Positions 7,128-15,256 of a DNA stretch of 42,733 nucleotides are shown here, piece by piece (the first letter of the stretch is position 1; each line of letters begins with the position of its first letter). Where the stretch lies: the NCBI GenBank assembly GCA_035290125.1, contig DATDVI010000069.1:1-42733 (forward strand). The letters are read 5' to 3'. A model generated the notes under the pieces. It was not told where the DNA came from and did not search any database. It was given only the letters and a program-made list of their open reading frames with translations. Origin of the DNA: Candidatus Anderseniibacteriota bacterium. Its GTDB lineage: Bacteria; Patescibacteriota; Andersenbacteria; UBA10190. A program made the translations under genes and the position numbers.

Positions 7128-7374
7128 TGATCCCGAGCTCGGCAGCGAGGCGCTCGCGGTCGTAGCCAACGATAACCGCTTCGCCCTCGCCCTCCCCAAT
7201 CACCGTCACCGGCACGCCCATCTGGCCCGACTTCTCAATCATAGCCCGCGCCTGGTCTTGGTCAGAACCCACATCAACTTCCTGGTACTCAACACCGTGT
7301 TCCTGGAAGAATTCTTTTGTTGCCCGGCAAAAGCCGCAGGTTTTTGTGGTGTATATTGTGACTGGTTTATTCAT
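7120..7374 (-). CDS. Glutaredoxin/NrdH-like small redoxin
   Basis: The protein is 84 aa with 'TKTCGFCRATKEFF' (CxxC) and 'GVPVTVI'. It overlaps the trxB start by 8 nt. Confidence 0.8.
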   Translation of the reverse strand: MNKPVTIYTTKTCGFCRATKEFFQEHGVEYQEVDVGSDQDQARAMIEKSGQMGVPVTVIGEGEGEAVIVGYDRERLAAELGINA

Positions 7375-7380
7375 ACCACC

Positions 7381-7409
7381 AGTCTACCATCGCTTGACAA
7401 AAACGCCAA
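7381..7409 (-). promoter_or_regulatory. Promoter of the grx-trxB operon; the -10 ends 6 nt before the ATG
   Basis: On the minus strand: TTGGCG, a 17-nt spacer, TAGACT, then GGTGGT and the ATG. Confidence 0.4.
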
Positions 7410-7422
7410 AGAACCAGACTAT
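7394..7422 (+). promoter_or_regulatory. Promoter of the sugar dehydrogenase gene; the -10 ends 6 nt before the ATG
   Basis: TTGACA, a 17-nt spacer, GACTAT, then ACGCCC and ATG 7429. It interleaves with the divergent grx promoter. Confidence 0.4.
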
Positions 7423-7428
7423 ACGCCC

Positions 7429-8727
7429 ATGAGAGTAGTTGCCATTGTTGGTTTGGGCTATGTCGGGCTGCCGCTGGCTGTTTTGGCGCGCGCCAAGGGC
7501 TGGCAGGCGATCGGCTACGATATTAATGCCGAGAAAGTCGCGCAAATCAATCAGGGAGTAAATCCCTTGGCCGACCCTGAGCTCAGCGAGCAGCTGAAAC
7601 ACTACCCCATCGAGGCCACGACTGATCCTGCGCGAGTAGCCGCCGCCGAGATAATTATTGTGGCCGTGCCGACCCCCGTCACCGCTGCCAATGAGCCAGA
7701 TTTACACCCGCTCGAGCAAGCGTTGCAAAACATCCTGCCCCACCTGGTCACTGACCAAACCATTGTTGTTGAGTCCACCATTAACCCCGGCGTGATGGAT
7801 GAAGTTGTCCGTCCGCTCCTGGAAGAGCGACGCGATATCACCCTCCACATTGCGCATTGTCCTGAGCGCATTAACCCCGCTGATCCCAAGTGGACTGTCC
7901 GTAATATCCCGCGCGTACTCGGCGCCTACACCGCCGAGGGCACCGCGCGCGCTCGCGCATTCTATGAAAGCGTGCTGGAAGCCCCGGTCAAAATCATGGG
8001 CTCTCCCACCGAGGCCGAGGCCGTCAAAATTTTAGAGAATACATTCCGCGACGTGAACATTGCCTTTATTAACGAAATGGCCAAATCGTTCGCAGCCTTG
8101 AATATTAATATTTTAAATGTCATTGAGGGCGCCGCCACCAAGCCATTTGCGTTCATGCCGCACTACCCCGGCAACGGCGTGGGCGGCCACTGCATTAGCG
8201 TTGACCCGTACTATATGATCGCTCGTGCTCGCCAGGCCGGCTTCGATCACGAGTTCCTGAAGCTGGCTCGGCAAATCAACGACAGCATGCCAGCCTATAC
8301 CATTGAATTACTCGAGCAGGCACTTGCCCAGCACGGCCTCTCACTCGAGACGGCAACCATTGCCTTGCTCGGCGTTGCCTATAAGAAGAATGTCGGCGAT
8401 ACGCGGCGCAGCCCTGCGCTTACGGCTATGCGCCTCTTAGAAAAACGCGGCGCCGCGGTGCGTGTCTTTGACCCCTTAGTCCCCGCCAAATCAACCGTCG
8501 CCTCATTAGCAGAGGCACTCGTGGGAAGTACGGCTGTCCTGCTCGCTTGCGATCACGACGAACTAACCGCAGCGCTTACGCCCGCAACATTAGCCGCCGC
8601 GAGTATTAAGATAGTCATCGACGGGAAAAATGCGCTCAACGCTGAAGACATCGCCCGTCACGGCATCACCTACTACGGTATTGGCCAGCGGACCGCCCAA
8701 ACTGAACCAGTCGCGAAACAAATTTAA
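7429..8727 (+). CDS. Nucleotide-sugar dehydrogenase (UDP-glucose/GDP-mannose dehydrogenase family)
   Basis: 'VAIVGLGYVGLPLA' is the Rossmann motif and 'GGHCI' holds the catalytic Cys. The ORF-track N-terminal extension (7096-7428) is antisense to grx/trxB and was discarded. Confidence 0.85.
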   Translation: MRVVAIVGLGYVGLPLAVLARAKGWQAIGYDINAEKVAQINQGVNPLADPELSEQLKHYPIEATTDPARVAAAEIIIVAVPTPVTAANEPDLHPLEQALQNILPHLVTDQTIVVESTINPGVMDEVVRPLLEERRDITLHIAHCPERINPADPKWTVRNIPRVLGAYTAEGTARARAFYESVLEAPVKIMGSPTEAEAVKILENTFRDVNIAFINEMAKSFAALNINILNVIEGAATKPFAFMPHYPGNGVGGHCISVDPYYMIARARQAGFDHEFLKLARQINDSMPAYTIELLEQALAQHGLSLETATIALLGVAYKKNVGDTRRSPALTAMRLLEKRGAAVRVFDPLVPAKSTVASLAEALVGSTAVLLACDHDELTAALTPATLAAASIKIVIDGKNALNAEDIARHGITYYGIGQRTAQTEPVAKQI

Positions 8728-9059
8728 GGGATTTTTTGCTCCTCGCTATTCTCTGCAGCCGTACCGACTGTCGGCTCCGGCGCTTCCTGCATCGCCTCAC
8801 GCGTGGCCGCGACAATATCCGAAGCTGCTTCTTTAAACTCCTGCATCACTGGTTTAACCATCGTCTCCCCCGCGGCTGTTTTTTGTTGCTTGTAATTTCG
8901 GTACCCACCCCAAATTAATCCGGCCAGAAAGACCGGAAACCATACCACCGTTATAAAACGCGAGAGGATAAACAGCATAAACAAAAGTATCCCAGCAATG
9001 ACGCCATACAGCAGCGCCCAGTACATAATCGGGTAGATATTAGGCTTAAACTCCGCCAT
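8724..9059 (-). CDS. Small membrane protein with an acidic C-terminal tail
   Basis: Start at ATG 9059 (MAEFKPNIYP...). There are three hydrophobic helices. Confidence 0.5.
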   Translation of the reverse strand: MAEFKPNIYPIMYWALLYGVIAGILLFMLFILSRFITVVWFPVFLAGLIWGGYRNYKQQKTAAGETMVKPVMQEFKEAASDIVAATREAMQEAPEPTVGTAAENSEEQKIP

Positions 9060-9945
9060 AACCGGATTGTAGCAGATCTTGTACCTGCTGCACACTTGCT
9101 TCTTCGCTTTCTGCCCCCAGTACCACGGCGATAAAGTTTCCCCCCTCGCCGCCCTGTGTAATAAGGCAGTACCCAGCCTCATATAAGTAACCGGTCTTGC
9201 CGCCCCGGATCGACCAGTGTGCCTCTGTCGCTAGCTGATTCGTATTTCGTAGCAGGTGCTGTCGGCCGCTCCCCCCAACGATAAACTCATAGTCCACGCG
9301 ACTCGTTGCCTCGGCAATGGCCGGGTAGTCGCGTAATCCTGCCTCCAGCAGGCGCGCCATCTCATACGCTGTTGATACGTTGTCGGTATCGAGTCCCGTC
9401 ACATCACTAAATTCCGTTTGCTCGAGCCCCAGCGCAATTGCCTTACGATTCATCGCTTGCACGAATTCTGTCTCTGGCACCCCCGCCCCGCGCACCATCG
9501 CCAGGGTGGCGTTATTAGCTGAGCCCATCAGCGAGGCGTGCCACAAATCGCGCATCGTGGCCGTCTCGCCTGGGTGCAAGAGCAGGCGTCCGCCAATGAC
9601 ATATTCGTGGGGCTCAATCGTCACCTGTTGTTCCCAGTCGATCCCAAAATCCAGCAGCACCATGGCCGTCATGATTTTTGTTAGGCTCGCAATCGGTTGT
9701 CGCGCAAAACCATTGTGCTCTTTCTCAATCACTCCAGCAGCCACATTCCAGAGCAATGTGCTGCGTGCCTGCACGATGTCGCTCGCCCACTTACTCCCAC
9801 CCACCGGCAAACCTATATCCAAGCTCGTATCGACCGCGCCGCCCTCGAAGCCAGCCGGCGCTGCCCACAGCCTGGCCAGCACGCCGCCAGTCAGCGCCGC
9901 CAGTAGCAACGAGAGCCCGGCGAAAAAGATGGTACTTTTCTGCAT
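9046..9945 (-). CDS. D-alanyl-D-alanine carboxypeptidase (PBP5/S11-type)
   Basis: It carries the SxxK motif 'ASLTK', the SxN motif 'SANN' and the KTG motif 'GKTGY', plus a signal/anchor sequence. Start is ATG 9945; TTG 9957 is possible. Confidence 0.8.
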   Translation of the reverse strand: MQKSTIFFAGLSLLLAALTGGVLARLWAAPAGFEGGAVDTSLDIGLPVGGSKWASDIVQARSTLLWNVAAGVIEKEHNGFARQPIASLTKIMTAMVLLDFGIDWEQQVTIEPHEYVIGGRLLLHPGETATMRDLWHASLMGSANNATLAMVRGAGVPETEFVQAMNRKAIALGLEQTEFSDVTGLDTDNVSTAYEMARLLEAGLRDYPAIAEATSRVDYEFIVGGSGRQHLLRNTNQLATEAHWSIRGGKTGYLYEAGYCLITQGGEGGNFIAVVLGAESEEASVQQVQDLLQSGYGGV

Positions 9946-9975
9946 CCTGAATAACAATGAGCACTATAGCAGATT

Positions 9976-10650
9976 ATGCCGATGAAACCATACGCGCCGG
10001 TAATAACCGATGCAACCGCCGCAGCCAAGCTAATCCACGCTGGCCGCATCGTCGCGTTTCCCACGGGAACCAGCTACGGCCTGGCTGCCGATGCGCTACA
10101 AGGCCTCGCGCTGCAGCGGCTGCGCAACCTGAAGCGCCGGCCGAGCGAAAAAACATTCACGGTCTTTATGACCGACACTCTCTGGCCCGAACATCTTTCA
10201 CTGACCGAAAGGGAAACGAAGCTGCTCGCCACGCTGGCCGGCCAACCCCTCACTCTACTCGTCACGCCACAAGCTTCCCTCGCGCATCTGGCGCACAATA
10301 ATGCCATTGGCCTGCGCCTGATCGATCATCCCCTCATGCAAGCGCTCGCGGCTGCCGCCGGCGTGCCGCTCACTGCCACCAGCGCCAACGTGGCTGGGCA
10401 AGAAGCGTGTCTCAGCCCCACCGCCGTGCTCCAGCAATTTCCCGGCCTCATCGACTCCGATGAAACGGTCTACGGCGAGCAAGGTCCCGCCCAGGGCACG
10501 ACGTACGATCTTTCCCTCGGCGCCATCCTGGACGGCGGCACCCTCCCGCCCGCGCAACCAACAACCATAGCCAAAATCGCAGGCGGAGAGATAGAAATAA
10601 TCCGCCAGGGCGCCCTCACCAAAGAGGACTTGACTAAAGCAATACAATAA
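9976..10650 (+). CDS. tsaC: L-threonylcarbamoyladenylate synthase (YrdC/TsaC type)
   Basis: 'GRIVAFPTGTSYGLAADA' and 'PLTATSANVAGQ' are YrdC-domain motifs. Confidence 0.8.
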   Translation: MPMKPYAPVITDATAAAKLIHAGRIVAFPTGTSYGLAADALQGLALQRLRNLKRRPSEKTFTVFMTDTLWPEHLSLTERETKLLATLAGQPLTLLVTPQASLAHLAHNNAIGLRLIDHPLMQALAAAAGVPLTATSANVAGQEACLSPTAVLQQFPGLIDSDETVYGEQGPAQGTTYDLSLGAILDGGTLPPAQPTTIAKIAGGEIEIIRQGALTKEDLTKAIQ

Positions 10651-10663
10651 AGTATTGTACGGC

Positions 10664-10695
10664 CTACCACACGTTGTGGTAGTTTCGTTCCTTTC
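10664..10695 (+). terminator. Terminator after tsaC
   Basis: CTACCACA-CGT-TGTGGTAG is followed by TTTCGTTCCTTTC. Confidence 0.5.
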
Positions 10696-10753
10696 ACTGG
10701 CACACGGCCCCGTGCAATGCACGAGGAGCAGCAGTGGCCAAAGGAGAACTGTC

Positions 10754-11320
10754 ATGTCGATGCACGTGTATCTGCACCCCGAGCTTACCAAAGCCCATCC
10801 AACGTTCACTTACAAGTTCGTAAACTTGGATGAGCCATCGAAAACGTGGGACTGGTCGGGCTGTTATCTGAATGGACTTAAAATCCTGTGGGACGGTGGA
10901 AAAGGGTTGCCTTACTTAGAGGTACGAAACTTTATAGCAGAGCCACACGTTCGACTGGAAGAGCTGATGCCTGTCACTTGGAGTGAGAGGGAAAAGCGAA
11001 AAGACTATTTCAGTCTCGTTCCCGCCGAGGAGTGGAAAAACTCTCCGCTTACCTACATCTCGATTGTTGACCACTGGACAGGATTCCAACCGAGCAGCCT
11101 ACTGGTAGGAGTCTCTGAAAATGAGTTTTCGGGCTGCGCTGTGGGCACAGGATGCACAGCCCTTGTGACGAGGAGGGGGAAAGAAGTTCATCTCGAGCTA
11201 ACGCTGACACCTCCTGATCCACGTCTCGCTTGGATCTTGTATATGGCAATCCGCGCCATGGGAACTGGCGAAACAGGTCAAGCAACGGACCTCTTTGCCG
11301 AGGTTAGCTGGTTAGACTAA
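10754..11320 (+). CDS. Orphan hypothetical protein (188 aa)
   Basis: An AAGGAG SD lies upstream of ATG 10754. I recognised no motif. Confidence 0.45.
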   Translation: MSMHVYLHPELTKAHPTFTYKFVNLDEPSKTWDWSGCYLNGLKILWDGGKGLPYLEVRNFIAEPHVRLEELMPVTWSEREKRKDYFSLVPAEEWKNSPLTYISIVDHWTGFQPSSLLVGVSENEFSGCAVGTGCTALVTRRGKEVHLELTLTPPDPRLAWILYMAIRAMGTGETGQATDLFAEVSWLD

Positions 11321-11359
11321 TAGCCAATCATTGTCGATCATCAGTAACCAAAACGCAAA

Positions 11360-11402
11360 AGCCTGGTGTCAATCACCCGATCAACGCCAGGCTTCTTTTT
11401 TT
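11360..11402 (+). terminator. Rho-independent terminator
   Basis: A 9-bp stem (AGCCTGGTG...CGCCAGGCT) is followed by TCTTTTTTT. Confidence 0.65.
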
Positions 11403-11417
11403 ACCTGCGCAAACAAC

Positions 11418-11443
11418 ACATCGACGCGTTGACGCGTCGATGT
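11418..11443. repeat. 26-bp palindrome, copy 1 (ACATCGACGCGT-TG-ACGCGTCGATGT)
   Basis: The 12-bp arms are perfect. It sits between convergent genes. The central dinucleotide is inverted relative to copies 2-4. Confidence 0.9.
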
Positions 11444-11484
11444 ATTTTATATCCCCCTAAACACTAGGGGCTCACCACACAAAG

Positions 11485-12039
11485 TTAAAGTCCTAGATCT
11501 CCAGCGATACTTTGCATCGCCGTCAGCACGTGCTGGATGTGTTCATCTAAAGTAAAGCCAAGTTCCTGAGCGCCCTGCTCGATATCCTCGCGCTTCACCG
11601 CCGCGGCAAAGCCCTTTTGCTTCATCTTCTTCTTAACCGATGCCACATCAACCTCGGCCAGCCTCTTATTCGGCTTTACTAAGGCAACGGCCACAATAAA
11701 TCCGGTCAGTTCATCGACGGCAAAAATAGCTTTTTCCAACTGTGCTGCTCGAGGTGTTCCCGTATGCGGCGCGTGCGCCATAACCCCCTGCCGAATAATC
11801 TCTGGGTATCCCTCCTGGGTTAAAATCTCCTGGCCCTTATACGGATGATCCTCGAGCGACGGATATTTTTCGTAATCAAAATCGTGCAGCAGCCCGACCA
11901 TTCCCCACGTCTCAGCATCGTCCTTAAAATAATCAGCGTAATGCCGCATCGCTGCCTCGACAGCCAGCGCATGCTTGAGCAGGTTTTTGTTCGCGGTATA
12001 GGCAGTGAGTAATTTCCAAGCCTCAGCTCGAGTTTTCAT
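11485..12039 (-). CDS. HD-domain metal-dependent phosphohydrolase
   Basis: 'LKHALAVEAAM' and 'GLLHDFDYE' form the H...HD motif. ATG 12039 overlaps the upstream stop in an ATGA arrangement. Confidence 0.75.
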   Translation of the reverse strand: MKTRAEAWKLLTAYTANKNLLKHALAVEAAMRHYADYFKDDAETWGMVGLLHDFDYEKYPSLEDHPYKGQEILTQEGYPEIIRQGVMAHAPHTGTPRAAQLEKAIFAVDELTGFIVAVALVKPNKRLAEVDVASVKKKMKQKGFAAAVKREDIEQGAQELGFTLDEHIQHVLTAMQSIAGDLGL

Positions 12040-13055
12040 GTCACCGAGCGCAGGCGCCGCCACATGGTTTGCAGCAGCGCTCCCCAGGCCAGCAGCGTCA
12101 CCACCAGCCCCACTGCCCAGCCAATAACCGGCAGCCAGGTGAGAATGCCCAGCAGCGTTGCGCCCAGCAAAACCTGCGGCCAGCGAATATCTTGCGGTGC
12201 ACTTTCTTCACTCCTTATGAATCGCTGGCCAGTCCACACGCCAACAGCAATTGCAGCCAGCGCGTGCGCCACGATCAGATGCGCCGCACCTCCCAACAGA
12301 GCCAGCAGCGCCACCGGCCAGCCAACAATCGAGAGTATAGCCAACAATATGAGAGGAAGCAGCGCCAGTGCCGCGATGACACCAACCATGAGCGATCGGC
12401 CACTGTTGCCCAACATAGTGCCGATGGCTTCCGTCAGAGCCGAGCGAGTAAGCGAGAGTAAAATAAGCGCAACGAAGAACCAGGTCACCACGCCGCGCAC
12501 CCAGGCAGCGATCGTTTGACTCACCGATGCCACGTCGTGTTGCTCGGGGCTTCGGTGCAGCCGGCTGCCCCGAATAGTCACGCCGTTCTCAATGATTGGT
12601 TCGGCATTCCCCCAGGTAATCAGATCACCGGCAACAACAGTACCCGAAGCCAACACAATACGATCACCCGCCGCACGCAAGTTCCCCCCGACCTCGGCTG
12701 TAACCATAATTTCACTACCTGCCAGGTAGGCATCCTCAGCCACCTGGCCGCTGAGCGTCACCGTGGCTCCGGCTGCCATAACATCGTCGCCCACTGCGCC
12801 CGTGAGGCGCACCTGATTACCGGCGGCAAAAACGTCTTGGCCAACCTCAGCGTCAATATCAACGACGTTACCTGCGGCGAAAATATCCTGCGCAACCCCA
12901 TGCTGAATACTCACCGTATTGCCCGCCGCAAACAAATCCTCGGCTATATTCTGCGTCGTCTCAACTAAATCTTCCCCGCCCAAAAATGCCGCGGCGGCTA
13001 TAACCGGCACCCCCAGGAGCAGAGTGAGGGCCAAGACAATAGAGGTAAAGCGCAT
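12036..13055 (-). CDS. Membrane protein with bactofilin-like (polymer-forming, beta-helix) repeats
   Basis: It has a signal peptide, about 8 tandem 'D(I/V)FAAGN.V.(I/L)...V' units, and a C-terminal multi-TM domain. Confidence 0.6.
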   Translation of the reverse strand: MRFTSIVLALTLLLGVPVIAAAAFLGGEDLVETTQNIAEDLFAAGNTVSIQHGVAQDIFAAGNVVDIDAEVGQDVFAAGNQVRLTGAVGDDVMAAGATVTLSGQVAEDAYLAGSEIMVTAEVGGNLRAAGDRIVLASGTVVAGDLITWGNAEPIIENGVTIRGSRLHRSPEQHDVASVSQTIAAWVRGVVTWFFVALILLSLTRSALTEAIGTMLGNSGRSLMVGVIAALALLPLILLAILSIVGWPVALLALLGGAAHLIVAHALAAIAVGVWTGQRFIRSEESAPQDIRWPQVLLGATLLGILTWLPVIGWAVGLVVTLLAWGALLQTMWRRLRSVT

Positions 13056-13069
13056 ACGAGTCAGTCTAG

Positions 13070-13282
13070 CTACTTTTCTTCATCAGCGCCAAACCGTTGA
13101 TCTATTTCCACTACCTTATTCTCAATTTCTTTCAGCTTTTTCTGCAGCAAGCTGGCCAGCTCAATGCCCCGCTCAAATTTGGGCAAGTCCCGCTCCAAAT
13201 CAATTTCCCGGGACTCCAGCTCAGCCACGATCTTTTCCAGCTCCGCGTACCCTTCGCGAAAATTGAATTTTGCGGCAGTCAC
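13070..13282 (-). CDS. xseB: Exodeoxyribonuclease VII small subunit
   Basis: The protein is 70 aa with 'FREGYAELEKIVAELE...LERDLPKFERGIEL'. It is coupled to xseA. Confidence 0.8.
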   Translation of the reverse strand: MTAAKFNFREGYAELEKIVAELESREIDLERDLPKFERGIELASLLQKKLKEIENKVVEIDQRFGADEEK

Positions 13283-14376
13283 AGCGTTTCCTCCTCAGCG
13301 ACGCGGGAGGTAACACGTCCCTCGCGCAACTGGGTAGTTAAGACCGACCCTGGCAGCACTTGTAGGGCCGAGGTAACGATCCGGCTATCTGCCTGGCGGG
13401 TAATACTGTACCCGCGCTGCAAGACTCTGTCTGGAGAAAGTGACTGAAGCACCCGCGTCAACTGGCGCAAGTCGCGATCCATGGTTCGAACGTGTCCTCG
13501 CAATATATCCATGACCCGGTTCATTAATGCTCGAGTGTCACTCAGTGTATCAGAAATTCGCTGCCGCAGCCGCATTTTCATCTGGACAATTTCCTGGTCA
13601 ATTTCCAGGCGCGAGCGCACGAGCAGCTCGGCCGCATTACTGGGAGTCGAGGCTCGCACATCCGCCGCCAACTCAGCCAGGCTTACGTCGCGCTCGTGGC
13701 CCACGCCCACAATAATGGGCACGCGCGAGGCAGCCACCGCTCGCACAATTGCCTCATCATTAAATGCCGCCAAGTCCTCCAAGCTGCCGCCGCCCCGGAC
13801 CATAATAATAACGTCACACTCAGGCAGCGTGGTATTGGCATACTCGAGTGCTGCCAGCAGCTGTCGGGGCGCATCTTCGCCCTGCACCTGCGTATGCAAA
13901 AAAGAAACGGTCATACCGCCCTGCCGCCCCTGTAAAATTTTCAGGAAATCAGAGTAGGCGGCGGCATCACGCGAGGTAATCAGCGCCACATGTTCCGGAA
14001 AGCGCGGCAGTGGCCGCTTCCGATCAGCCGCAAACAAGCCCTCTGCCGTTAATTTTTTCTTGAGCAGTTCAAAAACGCGCTTGAGCGAGCCCTCGCCCAC
14101 GGGCGTAATGCTCTCCACCACAAAACTGAAAAATCCTTTCTCTCGCAGGCGCGGCGTCCCGACCGCTCGAACCAGCATGCCGTCCTCGATCACCGTCTTG
14201 TACTGCCAGATTGTCATAAAGCAGCCAATCGCGCTCACCTCATCTTTCAGCTTAAACGTCACCCACTTGTTGTGAATAATTTTAAACTCGGCTACCTCCC
14301 CCACAACTGCCGTACCAGCCAGCTGAGCCAAGTTCTCCTCCACCACCCGCACAAATTGGGTCACCGTCAGTGCCAT
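13279..14376 (-). CDS. xseA: Exodeoxyribonuclease VII large subunit
   Basis: It has an OB-fold N-terminus, 'RGGGSLEDLAAFNDE', 'PIIVGVGHERD' and a coiled-coil C-terminus. Start is ATG 14376. Confidence 0.85.
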   Translation of the reverse strand: MALTVTQFVRVVEENLAQLAGTAVVGEVAEFKIIHNKWVTFKLKDEVSAIGCFMTIWQYKTVIEDGMLVRAVGTPRLREKGFFSFVVESITPVGEGSLKRVFELLKKKLTAEGLFAADRKRPLPRFPEHVALITSRDAAAYSDFLKILQGRQGGMTVSFLHTQVQGEDAPRQLLAALEYANTTLPECDVIIMVRGGGSLEDLAAFNDEAIVRAVAASRVPIIVGVGHERDVSLAELAADVRASTPSNAAELLVRSRLEIDQEIVQMKMRLRQRISDTLSDTRALMNRVMDILRGHVRTMDRDLRQLTRVLQSLSPDRVLQRGYSITRQADSRIVTSALQVLPGSVLTTQLREGRVTSRVAEEETL

Positions 14377-14382
14377 AGCGTA

Positions 14383-14388
14383 TAGATA
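14383..14388 (-). promoter_or_regulatory. -10-like TATCTA ending 6 nt before the xseA ATG
   Basis: The minus strand reads TATCTA, TACGCT, ATG. No SD is present and the -35 is poor. Confidence 0.3.
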
Positions 14389-14425
14389 GTAAGGATAGCG
14401 TGTTTCGCTGCGCTTGCCCAAAAAG

Positions 14426-14453
14426 TTGACAGATAGCCAACAGGCGGTATAGA
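14426..14453 (+). promoter_or_regulatory. Sigma70-like promoter for the HTH-receiver gene
   Basis: TTGACA, a 16-nt spacer, then TATAGA. A GGGAGG SD precedes ATG 14512. Confidence 0.45.
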
Positions 14454-14511
14454 TAAAGAGCGTTCGTTACCCATTCCAACTTTAGAGCTCTTTGGGCTAC
14501 TGGGAGGAAAT

Positions 14512-15078
14512 ATGATCAAGGGCGTATATACCACCGGACAAGCCGCTAAAATCTGTAGGGTAAGTCAGCAAACAATCATTCGCTGTTTCGACAGGGGAGA
14601 GCTTAGGGGATTCTATGTTCCTGGGACAAGATTTCGGCGAATCCCGCAGAAAGAACTGAGTGAGTTTATCCGTGAGTACGGCCTGCCGGGGAGCGAATTG
14701 GTCGACGAGGTCAGCAATCAGGTATTAATCGTCAGCCAGGACCACGTGTTGATCGAAAACCTCCGGCACGTATTGTCCCAAGGATCACTCAACCTCACAG
14801 TTGTCGACAATGGCTTCGAAGCAGGCCTGCGCGTCGCCAGCTCACCACCCCATGTCGTGGTTGTCGATTGCATCGTTGGTGTAGACGCGGCTCAGAATAT
14901 TTGCCGGGAACTTCGCTGCAACCAGCAACTTTCCATAACGCCACTGGTGGCCGTCTGCACGAGTGTCGAGGAGAAAACCCACCTTGCTCGCTGGCTGCCC
15001 AATGATACGTTCGTGCGGCCCTTTGACGCGCCCCTCCTCGCGCACCGCCTTTTGACCCTCGCGCGTGCCGCGAAGTAG
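14512..15078 (+). CDS. Excisionase/MerR-type HTH fused to a receiver (REC)-like domain
   Basis: 'YTTGQAAKICRVSQQTIIRCFDRGELRGF' is HTH_17-like. The REC-like part has 'VLIVSQD', 'HVVVVDC', 'VAVCTS' and 'FVRPF'. Confidence 0.6.
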   Translation: MIKGVYTTGQAAKICRVSQQTIIRCFDRGELRGFYVPGTRFRRIPQKELSEFIREYGLPGSELVDEVSNQVLIVSQDHVLIENLRHVLSQGSLNLTVVDNGFEAGLRVASSPPHVVVVDCIVGVDAAQNICRELRCNQQLSITPLVAVCTSVEEKTHLARWLPNDTFVRPFDAPLLAHRLLTLARAAK

Positions 15079-15101
15079 ATCCTCACCGCCGTTGTAAAGC
15101 G

Positions 15102-15183
15102 CCTGGTAGTTGGCATCTCGTTGCTCATAAAAGGATGTGCCACACGCGATAACTAACTACCAGGTTTTTTCTTTTGCTTTTTT
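15102..15183 (+). terminator. Long-hairpin terminator
   Basis: A perfect 10-bp outer stem (CCTGGTAGTT...AACTACCAGG) is followed by TTTTTTCTTTTGCTTTTTT. Confidence 0.6.
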
Positions 15184-15256
15184 AGCTACGGCGTGGTAGC
15201 TTACGGTGTCGGTATTTTCGATTGGTTGTTCGTTCGATTTTGAGAGGAGAAATACC

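Noticed and set aside
7096-7428. An N-terminal 111-aa extension of the 543-aa ORF (7096-8727).
   Set aside because: It is fully antisense to the well-supported grx and trxB genes. The dehydrogenase Rossmann motif begins right after ATG 7429, which has its own promoter.
13527-13600. The short duplication CAATTTCC(T/A)GG CAATTTCCAGG.
   Set aside because: It lies inside the xseA coding region on the opposite strand, and it is only about 10 nt in two copies. This is consistent with chance or codon repetition.
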